Assembly: GCA_026989095.1 (NCBI GenBank)
Contig: JALSKA010000135.1
Span: 629 to 64,628, forward strand
Origin: Ardenticatenaceae bacterium
Lineage (GTDB): Bacteria; Chloroflexota; Anaerolineae; Ardenticatenales; Ardenticatenaceae
Direction: 5' to 3'
DNA length: 64,000 bases
In this document: in pieces, positions 1 to 11,638 of the stretch
How positions within the stretch are numbered: position 1 is the stretch's first letter
How the letters are laid out: each line of letters opens with the position of its first letter
Translations under genes and position numbers: made by a program
Notes under the pieces: generated by a model
What the model was told of the DNA's origin: nothing
What the model saw: only the letters and a program-made list of their open reading frames with translations
The model's database searches: none

Positions 1-146
1 TCTTTCCCCTCCACAGCAACCTTCGGTCTCAGTTCCCCCAGAACAGACCGGCCTCACACCACTCGCCCTTACCAAATCTCAAAGGGTGGGACCCGAAGGT
101 GTGTTGGGAGCACCCACCCTGCTCTATTTTCACAAGGAGGAACGTC

Positions 147-1661
147 ATGGGCACACGCACGCTCGTTGTCCTGGGGCCGGTCGTTGCGGCCCTCGTTTCG
201 GCCGCGGTCCTGCTGTGGGGGGTCACGTCCTTGGCCCGCTCTGAGCCGGCGGCCACGCCGCTCTTTGCAGCGCCGGCCGGCGGCGGGAGCGCCTGCACCC
301 AGTCGGCCCCCTGTACGCTGAAGACGGCCTTGGCGCAGGCACACGACGGCGACACGATTTACGTGGCCGGCGGCACCTACACGGGCAGCGGGCCGGCCGT
401 GATCACCGTGACCAAGAGCATCACCTTGGCCGGGGGATGGGACGGGCTCCCCGGCGCCCTGGTGCGGGATCCCTCCAGCTACGTCTCGGCGCTGGACGGT
501 GAGGGTGACCGGCGGGTGATTCTGATCACCGGCACGGCCACCGTTGTGCTCGACGGCCTCACGGTTGTCAACGGCCAGGCCGCCGGCTTGGGGGGCAATT
601 CCCCGTCGGAGCCGGACGCCGGCGGCGGCATCTACGTCGCCTCGGGCGGGCCCATTACGTTGACCGTGGTGAACAGCACCATCATGAGCAACACGGCATC
701 GACGGACATCGGCGTTCCCTCCACCGGGGGCGGCATTTTCGCCGGCACGGGTGCGGTGCTCACCGTCGTCAACAGCCGTTTCGTGAGCAACGCGGCCCGG
801 TGGGGAGGGGGGATGCGCACCACGTATGCGAGCCGCGTCGTCGTTCGGGGAAGCGAGTTCATCTCCAACACGGCCCAGTACGGCGGGGGCTTCTACCCGC
901 TTGGGGGCCGGGGGTACCTGGTGGAGATGAACACGTTCCGCGGGAACACGGCCAACCACGGCGGCGGCATGTTCCTCAGCAGCCCGAAGGAGCACCTCCT
1001 GCGCCGCAACAGGTTTGAGGACAATGTGGCACTCCAAGGAGGCGGCGTCAGGATCAGCGCTGGCTCCTCGGTCACGATGAGCGACAACGTGCTCCTGGGC
1101 AACCGCGCAACGTGGGGCGGGGGCATCTACGTGGCCACCACGGACAAAGTCGTGCTGGAGAACACCGTGATGGCAGCCAACGAGGCCACAGTTGGCGGCG
1201 GAGGCCTGCACGTGTTCCAGGCCCCCGATGTCCGCGTGATCCACGCCTCGCTGGTGGCCAACACAGGGGGTGGTGCGGGCAAGGGCATCCTCGTGGACGC
1301 GAAGAGCACGGTGACCGTGACGAACGCCATCGTGGCCAGGCACGTGGTGGGCGTTGAGGCGTCGGCCGACACCACGGTGACCTTACAGGCCACGCTCTGG
1401 GGCAGTGGCATGTGGGCCAACGGGCAGAACACCGTCGGCTCCCTGGCGAGCACGCAGGCCATCACCGGCGACCCGGCCTTCCAGGACCCAGCCGCCCACG
1501 ATTACCGCCTGACGAGCGGTTCAGCGGCCGTGGACGCGGGCATCGCCACCGACGTGGCCTTTGACTTCGAGGGCACACCTCGGCCCATAGGTGCTGCCCC
1601 GGACATCGGCGCCGACGAGTTCGCCACTTCCGTGGTCTACCTGCCGGCAGTCACGCGGTGA
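147..1661 (+). CDS. membrane-anchored/secreted right-handed parallel beta-helix repeat protein
   Basis: ORF 99..1661. ATG at 147 is preceded by AAGGAGG. N-terminal hydrophobic anchor (LVVLGPVVAALVSAAVLLWG). Many GGG(I/M/L)(Y/F) rung-like repeats. C-terminal DYRL..SAAVDAG..DIGADEF tail is typical of pectate-lyase-fold repeat proteins. Confidence 0.75.
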   Translation: MGTRTLVVLGPVVAALVSAAVLLWGVTSLARSEPAATPLFAAPAGGGSACTQSAPCTLKTALAQAHDGDTIYVAGGTYTGSGPAVITVTKSITLAGGWDGLPGALVRDPSSYVSALDGEGDRRVILITGTATVVLDGLTVVNGQAAGLGGNSPSEPDAGGGIYVASGGPITLTVVNSTIMSNTASTDIGVPSTGGGIFAGTGAVLTVVNSRFVSNAARWGGGMRTTYASRVVVRGSEFISNTAQYGGGFYPLGGRGYLVEMNTFRGNTANHGGGMFLSSPKEHLLRRNRFEDNVALQGGGVRISAGSSVTMSDNVLLGNRATWGGGIYVATTDKVVLENTVMAANEATVGGGGLHVFQAPDVRVIHASLVANTGGGAGKGILVDAKSTVTVTNAIVARHVVGVEASADTTVTLQATLWGSGMWANGQNTVGSLASTQAITGDPAFQDPAAHDYRLTSGSAAVDAGIATDVAFDFEGTPRPIGAAPDIGADEFATSVVYLPAVTR

Positions 1662-2820
1662 TCTCACCGTCAGCCAGCTCCTCGGCCAGCGGTGCCAAGG
1701 CGTGGAGCGCCGTGCTCAGAGCATCGTCAGGGTGGGCGTGCATGATCACCTTGGCCAGACAGGCCGGCAGGGGCAGGGAGTGCCAGGCAGCCACGTGGTG
1801 AAAGCGCTCGTGGTCGCCCCGGAAGACGAGCACGTCCAAACATTGGGGGCGCCCGGCCCGTGAGAGGAGCAGCCGCAGGGGAGGGCGTTCGCCCGTCCGC
1901 ATTTCCAGGGTGACGAGCCGGCCGGCCGCGTGGGCCGTCTCCCCCTGCGCCGGGGCAATGAGGACGTGGACGTTGCCGGCCGGCCCGCGGAACTCCAGGC
2001 GGTACTCTCCGCTGCCCGGGCCGGCCCCGGCAGCGCGCGGGCGCCACTTCAGGCTGCCGGCCAGCCAGCCGGCCATGAAGAAGGCCTCGGCCGGAAAGGT
2101 TCCGGCCGTGTCGAGGGGAACGAACCGCAGCTCGACCCGGGCGACATCGAGCAGGCGGGCAGCCCACGTGGGCGCGTCGAAGAGGTGGGCCACTTGGGCC
2201 CGCCACCCGGCCAGGCGGTGCCAGACCAAGTCGGTGACCAGAGTGCGCCGGCCGGCTGTCGTGCGCAGGCGCGCCTCGTCCCTGAGCGAGATGAAGGGCG
2301 TTCGGAAAGTGTCCGCGTCGAGAATGAAGAGGTCGGCCAGGGGGAAGAGGGTGTCGAAGGGCGGGCGCCGTGGCGCGGGGTCCCCAAGCCACCAGACCAC
2401 AACGGGCACGTCGGGCACCACAAGGGCCAGAATGAGGCTCGTCACCCGGTCGAGGGCCCCGGTGGTCGCCTCGACGGTGACCTGTTCGGTGCAGAGCACG
2501 GGAGCGTCGGCGTCGCCGGGCAGGCGGTGACACTGCACCGAGGCCCACGTCTCCAGGTGGGAGACACCGCTCGGCCGGGCGATGACCAGCACGGCACGGC
2601 TCGGGTGGTGCCGGTTCAGGGCCATGAGCACGTCTTGCACCTGGTGGCGCCGTTCAGGGTCGTCGGTGAAGGCGATCATGGTCATGGCCCGCGCCCGCAT
2701 CACCGGGCGCCCCAGAGCGGCCGTCATCTCCTGCCAGAGGCGGGCCAGCTCGACCATGACGTGATCGGGGGGAACGGGCCTCGAAGCGTGGAGGGGGAGG
2801 GAGTCCGAACGCGCTCTCAT
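1651..2820 (-). CDS. opcA: OpcA-like glucose-6-phosphate dehydrogenase assembly protein
   Basis: ORF 1651..2940. The internal ATG at 2820 lies just after the zwf stop, which is the conserved zwf-opcA order. The ELARLWQEM..RARAMTMIAF segment resembles the OpcA N-terminus. The start is uncertain. Confidence 0.6.
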   Translation of the reverse strand: MRARSDSLPLHASRPVPPDHVMVELARLWQEMTAALGRPVMRARAMTMIAFTDDPERRHQVQDVLMALNRHHPSRAVLVIARPSGVSHLETWASVQCHRLPGDADAPVLCTEQVTVEATTGALDRVTSLILALVVPDVPVVVWWLGDPAPRRPPFDTLFPLADLFILDADTFRTPFISLRDEARLRTTAGRRTLVTDLVWHRLAGWRAQVAHLFDAPTWAARLLDVARVELRFVPLDTAGTFPAEAFFMAGWLAGSLKWRPRAAGAGPGSGEYRLEFRGPAGNVHVLIAPAQGETAHAAGRLVTLEMRTGERPPLRLLLSRAGRPQCLDVLVFRGDHERFHHVAAWHSLPLPACLAKVIMHAHPDDALSTALHALAPLAEELADGEITA

Positions 2821-2828
2821 CACACACC

Positions 2829-4358
2829 TCACAGCCGGCGCCAGCGGCGCCCGTCCAAGGCCAGCAGCACGTCCGCGTCCGAGGGGCCCCACGTGCCGGC
2901 GGGATAATTGGGAAAATCGGGCGGGGGCATTCGCTGCCACGTCTCCAGCACAGGAGTGAGCAGGCGCCAGGACTCCTCCACCTCGTCGGCGCGGATGAAG
3001 AGCGTCGCATCCCCCTGCCAGGCGTCGAGCAGGAGCCGCTCGTAGGCTTCCGGCGTGCTCAGGCCGAAACTGCTGCCGTAGCGAAAGTCCATCACCACCG
3101 GCCGAATGCGCATTTCGGAGCCGGGCACCTTGGCGTTGAAGGTGAGGGAAATGCCCTCGTTGGGCTGGATTTGGATGGAGAGCACGTTGGTGGTGAAGGC
3201 GTGGTCGAACTCACCCCGCTCGAAGAGAAGCTGGGGTGGCGTGCGGAAGTAGACGGCGATTTCGCTAATCTTCTTGGGCAGCCGCTTGCCGGTGCGCAGG
3301 TAGAAGGGCACGCCAGCCCAGCGCCAATTGTCGATCTCCAGCTTCATGGCAACGTAGGTCTCCGTGGTGGAGTTGGGGTGAACGCCGGGCTCCTGGCGGT
3401 AGCCGGGCACCGGCTGGCCGTGAATGGCCCCAGGCCCGTATTGTCCTCGCACCACGGCCTTGGACACGTCGGCGGGAGCCAGCCGCTTGATGGCGCGCAG
3501 GACTTTGACCTTCTCGTCGCGCACGGCGTTGGCCTCGAGGGCCACGGGCGGCTCCATGGCCATGAGGGAGAGGAGCTGCATCATGTGGTTCTGGACCATG
3601 TCGCGCAGGGCACCCGTCTGGTCGTAGAAGCCAGCCCTCGTCTCAATGCCCACCGACTCGGCCACCGTGATCTGCACGTGGTCAATGTACTTCTGGTTCC
3701 AGAGAGGCTCGTAAATGCTGTTGGCGAAGCGGAAGGCGAGCAAGTTCTGGACCGTCTCCTTGCCCAAGTAGTGGTCAATGCGGAAGACCTGATCCTCGCT
3801 GAAGACCTGCCCCACGCTGGCGTTGAGCTGGCGGGCCGAGGCCAGATCGGTGCCAAAGGGCTTCTCGATCACCACGCGCACCCAGCTTCCGGGGGTGCGC
3901 GGCCGGTTGAGGCCCACCAGGCCAATGTGGCGGATGATCTGCTGGAAGACCACGGGAGGGGTGGCCACGTAATGGAGGCGATTGCCGGGGATGTTGTACC
4001 GGGCGTCCAACTCCTGGAGGCACTCGTCGAGCCGGCGAAAGCCCTCGGCGTCGTCGTAGTGGGAGCGGAAGTAGTAGAGGTGTTGGGCGAACTCCTCCCA
4101 CACGGGGCCGAGAAGAGGCGTCCGGGAGAAGGCCTCCACAGCGCGCCGCATCTCGGCGCGCAGCTTCCCGTCGTTCCAGTCGCTGCGGGCAAAGCCCACC
4201 ACGGCGAAGCGGGCCGGCAGGAGGTTCTCCCGCGCCAAGTTGTAGAGGGCCGGCATGAGCTTGCGGCGCGCCAAGTCACCGGTCACGCCGAAGATGATCA
4301 GGATGGCCGGTTCGGGAAGCTGAGCTTGCTCCTCGGGAAATCGGAACGGGTTGGTCAC
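2829..4358 (-). CDS. zwf: glucose-6-phosphate 1-dehydrogenase
   Basis: 509 aa. Has the NADP motif GVTGDLARRKL and the active-site motif RIDHYLGKE. Confidence 0.95.
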   Translation of the reverse strand: MTNPFRFPEEQAQLPEPAILIIFGVTGDLARRKLMPALYNLARENLLPARFAVVGFARSDWNDGKLRAEMRRAVEAFSRTPLLGPVWEEFAQHLYYFRSHYDDAEGFRRLDECLQELDARYNIPGNRLHYVATPPVVFQQIIRHIGLVGLNRPRTPGSWVRVVIEKPFGTDLASARQLNASVGQVFSEDQVFRIDHYLGKETVQNLLAFRFANSIYEPLWNQKYIDHVQITVAESVGIETRAGFYDQTGALRDMVQNHMMQLLSLMAMEPPVALEANAVRDEKVKVLRAIKRLAPADVSKAVVRGQYGPGAIHGQPVPGYRQEPGVHPNSTTETYVAMKLEIDNWRWAGVPFYLRTGKRLPKKISEIAVYFRTPPQLLFERGEFDHAFTTNVLSIQIQPNEGISLTFNAKVPGSEMRIRPVVMDFRYGSSFGLSTPEAYERLLLDAWQGDATLFIRADEVEESWRLLTPVLETWQRMPPPDFPNYPAGTWGPSDADVLLALDGRRWRRL

Positions 4359-4367
4359 TCTCCTGCC

Positions 4368-4574
4368 TCAACGTGTGTTGAGCGCCTGGCGCAGGGCTCT
4401 CTCCAACGCCTCGGCCACCTGTTCGTACTCGCCGGCCGTGTCGAGCAGATAGTGCAGGCGACGTGGGTCCCTGGCCCCTTCCCGGCGCAGTTGGAGCGCG
4501 TGAGCATTGCAGAGTTGAATGGCCTTGCGGAGGGCTTCATAGGGCACCGTCACGGTGACGAGGGTGGGTTCCAT
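4368..4574 (-). CDS. hypothetical small helical protein (start uncertain: 4574, 4592 or 4595)
   Basis: In-frame part of ORF 4368..4763. ATG at 4574 is preceded by GAGAAAGGAAAGGAG. The gene ends 9 nt upstream of the zwf start. No recognisable family. Confidence 0.3.
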   Translation of the reverse strand: MEPTLVTVTVPYEALRKAIQLCNAHALQLRREGARDPRRLHYLLDTAGEYEQVAEALERALRQALNTR

Positions 4575-4854
4575 CTCCTTTCCTTTCTCCATCATTTCGG
4601 TATATGGGGAAGTTCGCCTTTTCCCCTTCACTTCAGCGGCGTCACCACGACGTTCGCCGGAACAACGGAGGCGGAGCCAAGAAGAGCACAGAGGGCAGCG
4701 GGCGTTCGCTTCAGAACCAAAGGCAGACGTGAAAATTGTACTCCACCCCCTTCCCCAGGGCAAACGGAAGGGGACACAGGAACACGGCGCAGACGAACGG
4801 GTGAAGGCGGGCAGGAGGACGTTCCGCCCGCCCTCCTGCCCCGCCGTGGTATGA

Positions 4855-6168
4855 CTACGCGGGCGCCAGGGCGTCCACGGGCACGTGGTGCCGGAGCACG
4901 GCCTCGACCAAGTTCATGGGGCAGAAGGGCCCACACATGCTGCACGCGCGCGTGTGTGATCCCCGTTCCGCGTACAGCCGGCGTGCCTCCTCGGGGTAGA
5001 GGGCCAACTGGAACTGGCGCTCCCAGTCGAGCGCATAGCGGGCTTCACTCATGTGGCGGTTGCGCTCCACGTCGATCCGCCGGCCACGGGCCACGTCGGC
5101 GATGTGGGCGGCGAGCTTGAAGGCGATGACACCCTCGCGCACGTGCTCCACCGTGGGCAGGCCCAAGTGCTCGGCCGGAGTCAGGTAGCAGAGCATGTCG
5201 GCGCCGTGCCAGCCGGCCACAGCCCCGCCGATGGCACCCACGATGTGGTCGAAGCCGGCGCCTGTGTCCACGGGCAACATGCCCAGAATGTAGAAGGGCG
5301 CACCCCCTGTGAGCCGCTTCTGCACCTGGACGTTGGCCTGGATTTCGCCGAGGGGGATGTGGCCGGGCCCCTCCACCATAGCCTGTACGCCGGCACGGCG
5401 AGCCCGTTCGACGAGCTCCCCGATGAGGATGAGCTCCTGGAGCTGGGCGCGGTCGGTGCTGTCGGCGATGCTCCCCGGGCGCAGCCCATCGCCCAGGGAA
5501 AGGGTCATGTCATATTCGCGGGCAATCTCCAGAAGATCGTCGAAGCGCTCCCAGAGGGGATTTTCGCGCCCGTTCTTGAGCATCCAAGCGGCCATCAGCC
5601 CGCCCCCACGGGAGACGATCCCGGTGACGCGCTCGCTCTGCCGGTAGCGGCGCAAGGTCTCCAAGGTGACGCCGGCGTGTACGGTGATGTAGTCCACCCC
5701 CTGGCGTCCGTGTTCCTCGATGACCTGAAACATCTCGTCGGCCGTCATGTCGAAGACACTGGAGCGGGATGCGGCGCGGAACTCGGCCTCGTAGATGGGC
5801 ACTGTGCCCAAGGGCACGGTGCAGACCTCCAAAATGCGCTGTCGGATGGCCGACAAGTCGCCGCCGGTGGAGAGATCCATCACGGTGTCGGCTCCGTACC
5901 GGATGGCGACACGGGCCTTCTCCACCTCCTCGTCCACGTTGACGTAGTCGTAGGAGGTGCCGATGTTGGCGTTGACCTTCACCCGCATTTCCTCCCCGAT
6001 GGCGGTGAAGTGAGTGAGCGACGTGTGGTGAGGGTTGGCCGGGATCACCACCCGGCCGACCGCCACCAGCTCGCGCACCCTCTCGGGCTCGAGGCCCTCT
6101 TGGGCGGCCACGTAGGCCATCTGCTCGGTGATGCGCCCCTGACGGGCGGCTTCCAGTTGTGTGAGCAT
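4855..6168 (-). CDS. thiC: phosphomethylpyrimidine synthase (radical SAM)
   Basis: 437 aa. ThiC-like throughout, with the C-terminal [10 protein letters not shown] (CX2CX4C) cluster motif. A GAGGAGG RBS and a TPP riboswitch lie upstream. Confidence 0.95.
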   Translation of the reverse strand: MLTQLEAARQGRITEQMAYVAAQEGLEPERVRELVAVGRVVIPANPHHTSLTHFTAIGEEMRVKVNANIGTSYDYVNVDEEVEKARVAIRYGADTVMDLSTGGDLSAIRQRILEVCTVPLGTVPIYEAEFRAASRSSVFDMTADEMFQVIEEHGRQGVDYITVHAGVTLETLRRYRQSERVTGIVSRGGGLMAAWMLKNGRENPLWERFDDLLEIAREYDMTLSLGDGLRPGSIADSTDRAQLQELILIGELVERARRAGVQAMVEGPGHIPLGEIQANVQVQKRLTGGAPFYILGMLPVDTGAGFDHIVGAIGGAVAGWHGADMLCYLTPAEHLGLPTVEHVREGVIAFKLAAHIADVARGRRIDVERNRHMSEARYALDWERQFQLALYPEEARRLYAERGSHTRACSMCGPFCPMNLVEAVLRHHVPVDALAPA

Positions 6169-6220
6169 GGAAGACCTCCTCTGAGATGAACAGGTTGTTG
6201 ACCACCAACCGCCGAGACGG

Positions 6221-6256
6221 AAAAAACAAAAAAGACCGCCAGCTCAGGGCGGTCTT
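6221..6256 (-). terminator. intrinsic terminator acting as TPP-riboswitch expression platform
   Basis: Minus strand reads AAGACCGCC-cugagcu-GGCGGUCUU followed by UUUUUGUUUUUU. It sits between the aptamer and the thiC RBS. Confidence 0.75.
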
Positions 6257-6271
6257 GACCGACGCACGAGT

Positions 6272-6370
6272 CCGTTTCCCTGCGCTGGTATGACCCAGAT
6301 CAGGTTCGAGGGGTCGGCGGCGGATTCACGGCCGCCCTCTCAGCCCGGCTCCCCCGGACTCCCCCAACGG
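6272..6370 (-). promoter_or_regulatory. TPP (THI-box) riboswitch aptamer
   Basis: Minus strand reads CCGUU..GGGCUGAGAGG..GACCCCUCGAACCUGAUCUGGGUCAUACCAGCGCAGGGAAACGG. It has the canonical CUGAGA and ACCUGAUCUGG.UAAUACCAGCG.AGGGA elements, closed by the P1 helix CCGUU/AACGG, directly upstream of thiC. Confidence 0.9.
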
Positions 6371-6467
6371 ACGCGACCCCGCACAGGACGGCGGGGCAAC
6401 ATCCTCTCTTCAGTTGTCGGCAGTGCCGGCAGGTGGCTCACCGGCTGGCCACGCTGCTGACGCGGAC

Positions 6468-6495
6468 ATTGTACGCGCTCCGGGCTTCGGCGCAA
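6468..6495 (-). promoter_or_regulatory. candidate sigma-70-type promoter for the thiC leader
   Basis: Minus strand reads TTGCGC, 16 nt, TACAAT, about 100 nt upstream of the aptamer. Supported by consensus match only. Confidence 0.3.
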
Positions 6496-6527
6496 GTGAA
6501 ACGGAGTCAATCAAGGTATCGCCTCCC

Positions 6528-8315
6528 TCACCGCGCGCTGATGACCACGGGCTGGTAGACGCGGAAGAGCTCCTCCACCAGGAAGAGGGTCACGGGCACC
6601 TTGGCCGCCATTGTGCTCGAGTCCTCCGGGATGAGGGAGATCACGGCCGTGTGGGTTCCCGGGGAGAGGGCAGCGATGTCAAAGGCGATGTCCACGTAGG
6701 TGGGCCCGGCGGTCAACTGAAGCCAGCTCTGGTTCGCCTCGGCGCGCCACGCGATGGGGCCGCACTTCTCCACAACGGCAAGGCGAAACGGGCGCGGCGG
6801 TTGGCCGGGAGAGGCCATGACGGTCACTCTTTCGGGCAGCGCGTTCAAGGCGGGGCGTGTCGTGGGCAGCTCGACGATCTCCGTGAACGTGGTAGCGCCG
6901 TCGCTGAAGCGCGCCCAGATGCCCTGCCCCCGGTAGTTGCCGCCGGGCACGCGCCACACGAAGGGCGTGGTCACCGGCTGGGGCGCCGTGAAGATGGAGA
7001 CCGCGTCCACGTACACGTCGGCCGTGCCCGAGCGCCAGAACTTGAAAATGAGGAACGGGTCATCGGCGTTGTCGTGGAAGACGAAGGGGAGGCGGAACTC
7101 CTGGTACACGTTGGGCGCGTCGAAGTCCGTGCCCCGAATGCTCAGGGGACCGTAGGTCACACCGCCGCCGGAGACCTCGAAGCGGGCCACCTCCTCGGGG
7201 GAGGTGTTGTCGTTCACCTTCAGGCGGACGTAGGCCACCATGGGCACGTTCTTGTAAAAGGCCGTGTCGTACACCCAGGCGAACGATTCGCCGTCGCCGG
7301 GAAAGAGGCGGTAGGCCGTGCCGCCCAGGGCATCCGGGTCGTTGACCCGTTCTCCGTTGCCCCACCACAGCGTAAAACTGTCGAAGGTGTCGTCGGCCAG
7401 CCACCCCAGGCTGAGCTCCACGTAGGGCAAGCCCCGGCTGTCCAACGCGAGGATTGTCACCGTGGCGCTCCGGGAGGCCGGCCCCATGCGCTCCAGCTCC
7501 GCCAGGGGCAGGGAGGCACCCAGGTAGATCGTGTCGCTCACCACGCGGGTGCGGCCGAAGCGGTCCCGTGTTTTCACGTAGACCGTCTTCCAGCCGGGGC
7601 GCTCGGAAAGCGTCCACGACACCTGCGAGGCGAAAGGCTGCCAGGTCGCGTCGCCGAAGCAGATGTCCTCGCCGATCATCATCGCCGTGGCCGGAGAGCT
7701 TCCCGCAAAGCTCTGTTCCTCCTCGCTCTGGTAGATGTAGAGGGGAACGGTGGGGCTCGTCGTGGTGAGCGCCTCATTGGCCACGATGACGGGCGCGAAG
7801 GCCGGGTCCACGCCGAAGTTCTGGGCGATGTAGCCGCGGCCGTCGCTGTCGCGCCGGTAGTAACCGATGCCCACCTCGCGGGAGTTGGGGTCGAGCAAGT
7901 TCGCGCGGTGGCCGGGGCTTTCCATCCACCCGTCTATGGCGTCCTTGGGAGCCAGATACCCACAGAAGGCGTTCTCCGCCCCGGAGCGGCCCAAGTAGCC
8001 AAACGCCCGGGTGCGGTCACTGGGCCAGGTGCCCAGCGTGTCCTGGTGGCCGCAGAAGCCGGAGGGCCGGTTCTCCGTGGAATCCCACGAGAACCAGCGG
8101 GAAGCGTAGGTCAACTGGCGGTTCCACCGCAGCGGGGCCACGCCGTTCTGCTCGCGGGCCACGTTGCCCCAATAGACCGTGAGCGCCTCCTCCAAAACGC
8201 GCTCTGCCGGATGTTGGGCCGGATCGTAACCGCCGTACACGTTGGCGTGCAGCGGCGAGGCGGCCAGCCACCCCGCGAACACGAGCAACAGACCACAGAC
8301 AACAGCACCTCGCAT
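6528..8315 (-). CDS. secreted CAP/SCP (YkwD-like) domain protein with large C-terminal beta-rich region
   Basis: ATG at 8315 is preceded by AAGGAG. Signal peptide MRGAVVCGLLLVFAGWLAASPLHA. CAP-domain segment GVAPLRWN..GWMESPGHRANLLDPNSREVGIGYY. The remaining ~400 aa are unassigned. Confidence 0.8.
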   Translation of the reverse strand: MRGAVVCGLLLVFAGWLAASPLHANVYGGYDPAQHPAERVLEEALTVYWGNVAREQNGVAPLRWNRQLTYASRWFSWDSTENRPSGFCGHQDTLGTWPSDRTRAFGYLGRSGAENAFCGYLAPKDAIDGWMESPGHRANLLDPNSREVGIGYYRRDSDGRGYIAQNFGVDPAFAPVIVANEALTTTSPTVPLYIYQSEEEQSFAGSSPATAMMIGEDICFGDATWQPFASQVSWTLSERPGWKTVYVKTRDRFGRTRVVSDTIYLGASLPLAELERMGPASRSATVTILALDSRGLPYVELSLGWLADDTFDSFTLWWGNGERVNDPDALGGTAYRLFPGDGESFAWVYDTAFYKNVPMVAYVRLKVNDNTSPEEVARFEVSGGGVTYGPLSIRGTDFDAPNVYQEFRLPFVFHDNADDPFLIFKFWRSGTADVYVDAVSIFTAPQPVTTPFVWRVPGGNYRGQGIWARFSDGATTFTEIVELPTTRPALNALPERVTVMASPGQPPRPFRLAVVEKCGPIAWRAEANQSWLQLTAGPTYVDIAFDIAALSPGTHTAVISLIPEDSSTMAAKVPVTLFLVEELFRVYQPVVISAR

Positions 8316-8385
8316 GGCCGGCTCTCCTTTTCCCGTCAGCCCCCTCACTTCACGCGCGCACCACGCCCTGTGGGAGAGTTCCCTG

Positions 8386-9747
<1,362 letters not shown>

Positions 9748-9871
9748 GGTAATTGTCTCCTCCCTTTCCTGGTGCTTCCAGAGTCGTGAGAAGTCAGGGT
9801 GAAGGTGTGCCATACCACACGCGCTTCGGCACGCCACGGGCGATGTGTTCGACGCCCGTGGCACGTTCAGT

Positions 9872-11155
9872 TCACCCTTCCGCCTGGGCCAGCCACTCCT
9901 CGAGGGCCTCGGACGACGACGCCAGGCGCACGATCCTGCCGTCTCCCTCAACGGCCCGCATGGCCGCCGGGATGTCCTTCAGGCCGTTGCCGGTGACGAG
10001 CACCAGCACGCGCTCGTCCCTGTGGACGAGGCCGTCGGCCAGGGCACGGCGCACGCCCGCCCAGGCCGCGGCCGCCGCCGGCTCGGCGAAGACGCCCGTC
10101 AGGCGGGCCAGCTCGCGCATGGCGGCCAGAATCTCTTCGTCCGAGACGACCACAAAGGCGCCGCCCGTCTCGCGCACGGCCCGCAGCGCCTTCAGGCGGT
10201 CCCTGGGCACGCCCACGCTAATGCTGTCGGCGATTGTCCGGGGCACGATGGGGGTGATCTCGTCCGTGCCGCGCCGCCAGGCATGGTGGAGCACGGCGCT
10301 CCCCTCGGCCTGAACGCCCATCAGCCGGGGCACGCGGTCGATCCAGCCGAGGGCGTGCAGGTCGCGAAATCCCTTGTGCAGGCCGCCGATAATGCACCCG
10401 TCGCCCACGGCGACGAAGATGCAGTCGGGCACCTCCCACCCCAACTGTTCGGCGATCTCATAGGCGGCCGTCTTCTTGCCCTCGGTCATGTAGGGGTTGT
10501 ACGCCGTGTTGCGGCAATACCAGCCCTGCCTGTCGGCCGCCTCGATGCAGAGATCGAAGGCTTGATCGTAAGTGCCCTCCACGAGCACGACCGTGGCGCC
10601 GTAGACGAGAAGCTGGGCGATTTTGGCCTCGGGCGCCGTGGCCGGCACGAAGATGACCGCCGGCAGGCCGACGCTGGCCGCCATGCCGGCCAGCGCCGCG
10701 GCCGCGTTGCCGCTGCTGGCCGTGGTGATGGTGGAGAAGCCGGCCTCGCGCGCCTTGACCACGGCCAGGGCGCTGGCGCGGTCCTTGAGCGAGGCGGTTG
10801 GGTTGCGCCCCTCGTCCTTCACCCAGAGATGGGAAAGGCTCAAACGGCGTCCCAGTCGCTCCGCGCGGGCGATGGGCGTCCACCCCACGGCCAGCGGGGG
10901 GCGCAAGGAGGGATCGGCCACGGGCAGCAGGGGGAGATAACGCCACATGTCGAGCTCAGCCCGGGCGGACAGGGCATCCCGGTCGGCGCGGGCGGCAATG
11001 GCCGTGTAGTCGTACACGACGTCGAGGACTCCGTCGCTGCCGTGATGCGGACAGACGTAGCGCACCTCTTCGGGCGCGTACTCGGCGCCGCAGACGAGGC
11101 AGCGCAGGCACGTGATGGCGTCGCACGCGGTCAGTTGGGGTATGGGGCTGTGCAT
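9872..11155 (-). CDS. thrC: threonine synthase-like PLP enzyme with N-terminal zinc ribbon
   Basis: ATG at 11155. Has CLRCLVCG..CPHHG cysteine/histidine motifs, the PLP-lysine motif SLKDRAS, and TASSGNAAAALA. The substrate is not proven. Confidence 0.75.
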   Translation of the reverse strand: MHSPIPQLTACDAITCLRCLVCGAEYAPEEVRYVCPHHGSDGVLDVVYDYTAIAARADRDALSARAELDMWRYLPLLPVADPSLRPPLAVGWTPIARAERLGRRLSLSHLWVKDEGRNPTASLKDRASALAVVKAREAGFSTITTASSGNAAAALAGMAASVGLPAVIFVPATAPEAKIAQLLVYGATVVLVEGTYDQAFDLCIEAADRQGWYCRNTAYNPYMTEGKKTAAYEIAEQLGWEVPDCIFVAVGDGCIIGGLHKGFRDLHALGWIDRVPRLMGVQAEGSAVLHHAWRRGTDEITPIVPRTIADSISVGVPRDRLKALRAVRETGGAFVVVSDEEILAAMRELARLTGVFAEPAAAAAWAGVRRALADGLVHRDERVLVLVTGNGLKDIPAAMRAVEGDGRIVRLASSSEALEEWLAQAEG

Positions 11156-11180
11156 CGTCCTCTTTCCAGGCGGCTGCTCC

Positions 11181-11552
11181 CTACACATCGGCCGCCAACT
11201 TCAGCCGTTCGGCCAAGGAGCGGAGCTGGACGAAGCTCACGGGCTTGAGCAGCACCAGGTCGCTCTGGGCCTCCAACATCTCGGCCAGGCGCGGGTCGGC
11301 GGTGGCCAAAATGACGCGGGTGGCCTGGAGGTGGGGTTGCTGTCGGATGTATGCCAGCAGATCGGCGCCGGAGATGCCGGGCACGTGCAAGTCCAGGATC
11401 ACGAGATAGGGGGCATTGGCGGCCAGGAACTCCCGCGCCGCCGTGCCCGTGTCGCAGTGTTCCACCACGTAGCCGGCCATCTCCACAGCCCGCCTGAAGA
11501 TGTTCGCCTGGGCCACGTCGTCCTCGACCACCAATGCCAGCGGCCAGCTCAC
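11181..11552 (-). CDS. stand-alone response-regulator receiver (CheY-like, no output domain)
   Basis: GTG at 11552 is preceded by AGGGAGG. Receiver hallmarks are present: VVEDD, ILDLHVPG, LLKP. Confidence 0.8.
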   Translation of the reverse strand: MSWPLALVVEDDVAQANIFRRAVEMAGYVVEHCDTGTAAREFLAANAPYLVILDLHVPGISGADLLAYIRQQPHLQATRVILATADPRLAEMLEAQSDLVLLKPVSFVQLRSLAERLKLAADV

Positions 11553-11638
11553 ATCACACCTCCCTTTCGCTCGGCCGGCATCTTGCCAGAACTGTGCGCA
11601 ACGGCCAACAACCCGCCTGCCGGACCGCCCCACGATTC

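Noticed and set aside
4596-4854. Possible ncRNA or terminator between thiC and the small ORF (GGGCAGGAGG..CCTCCTGCCC hairpin).
   Set aside because: A hairpin is present but has no U-tract and no recognisable RNA family features. Evidence is insufficient to call a feature.
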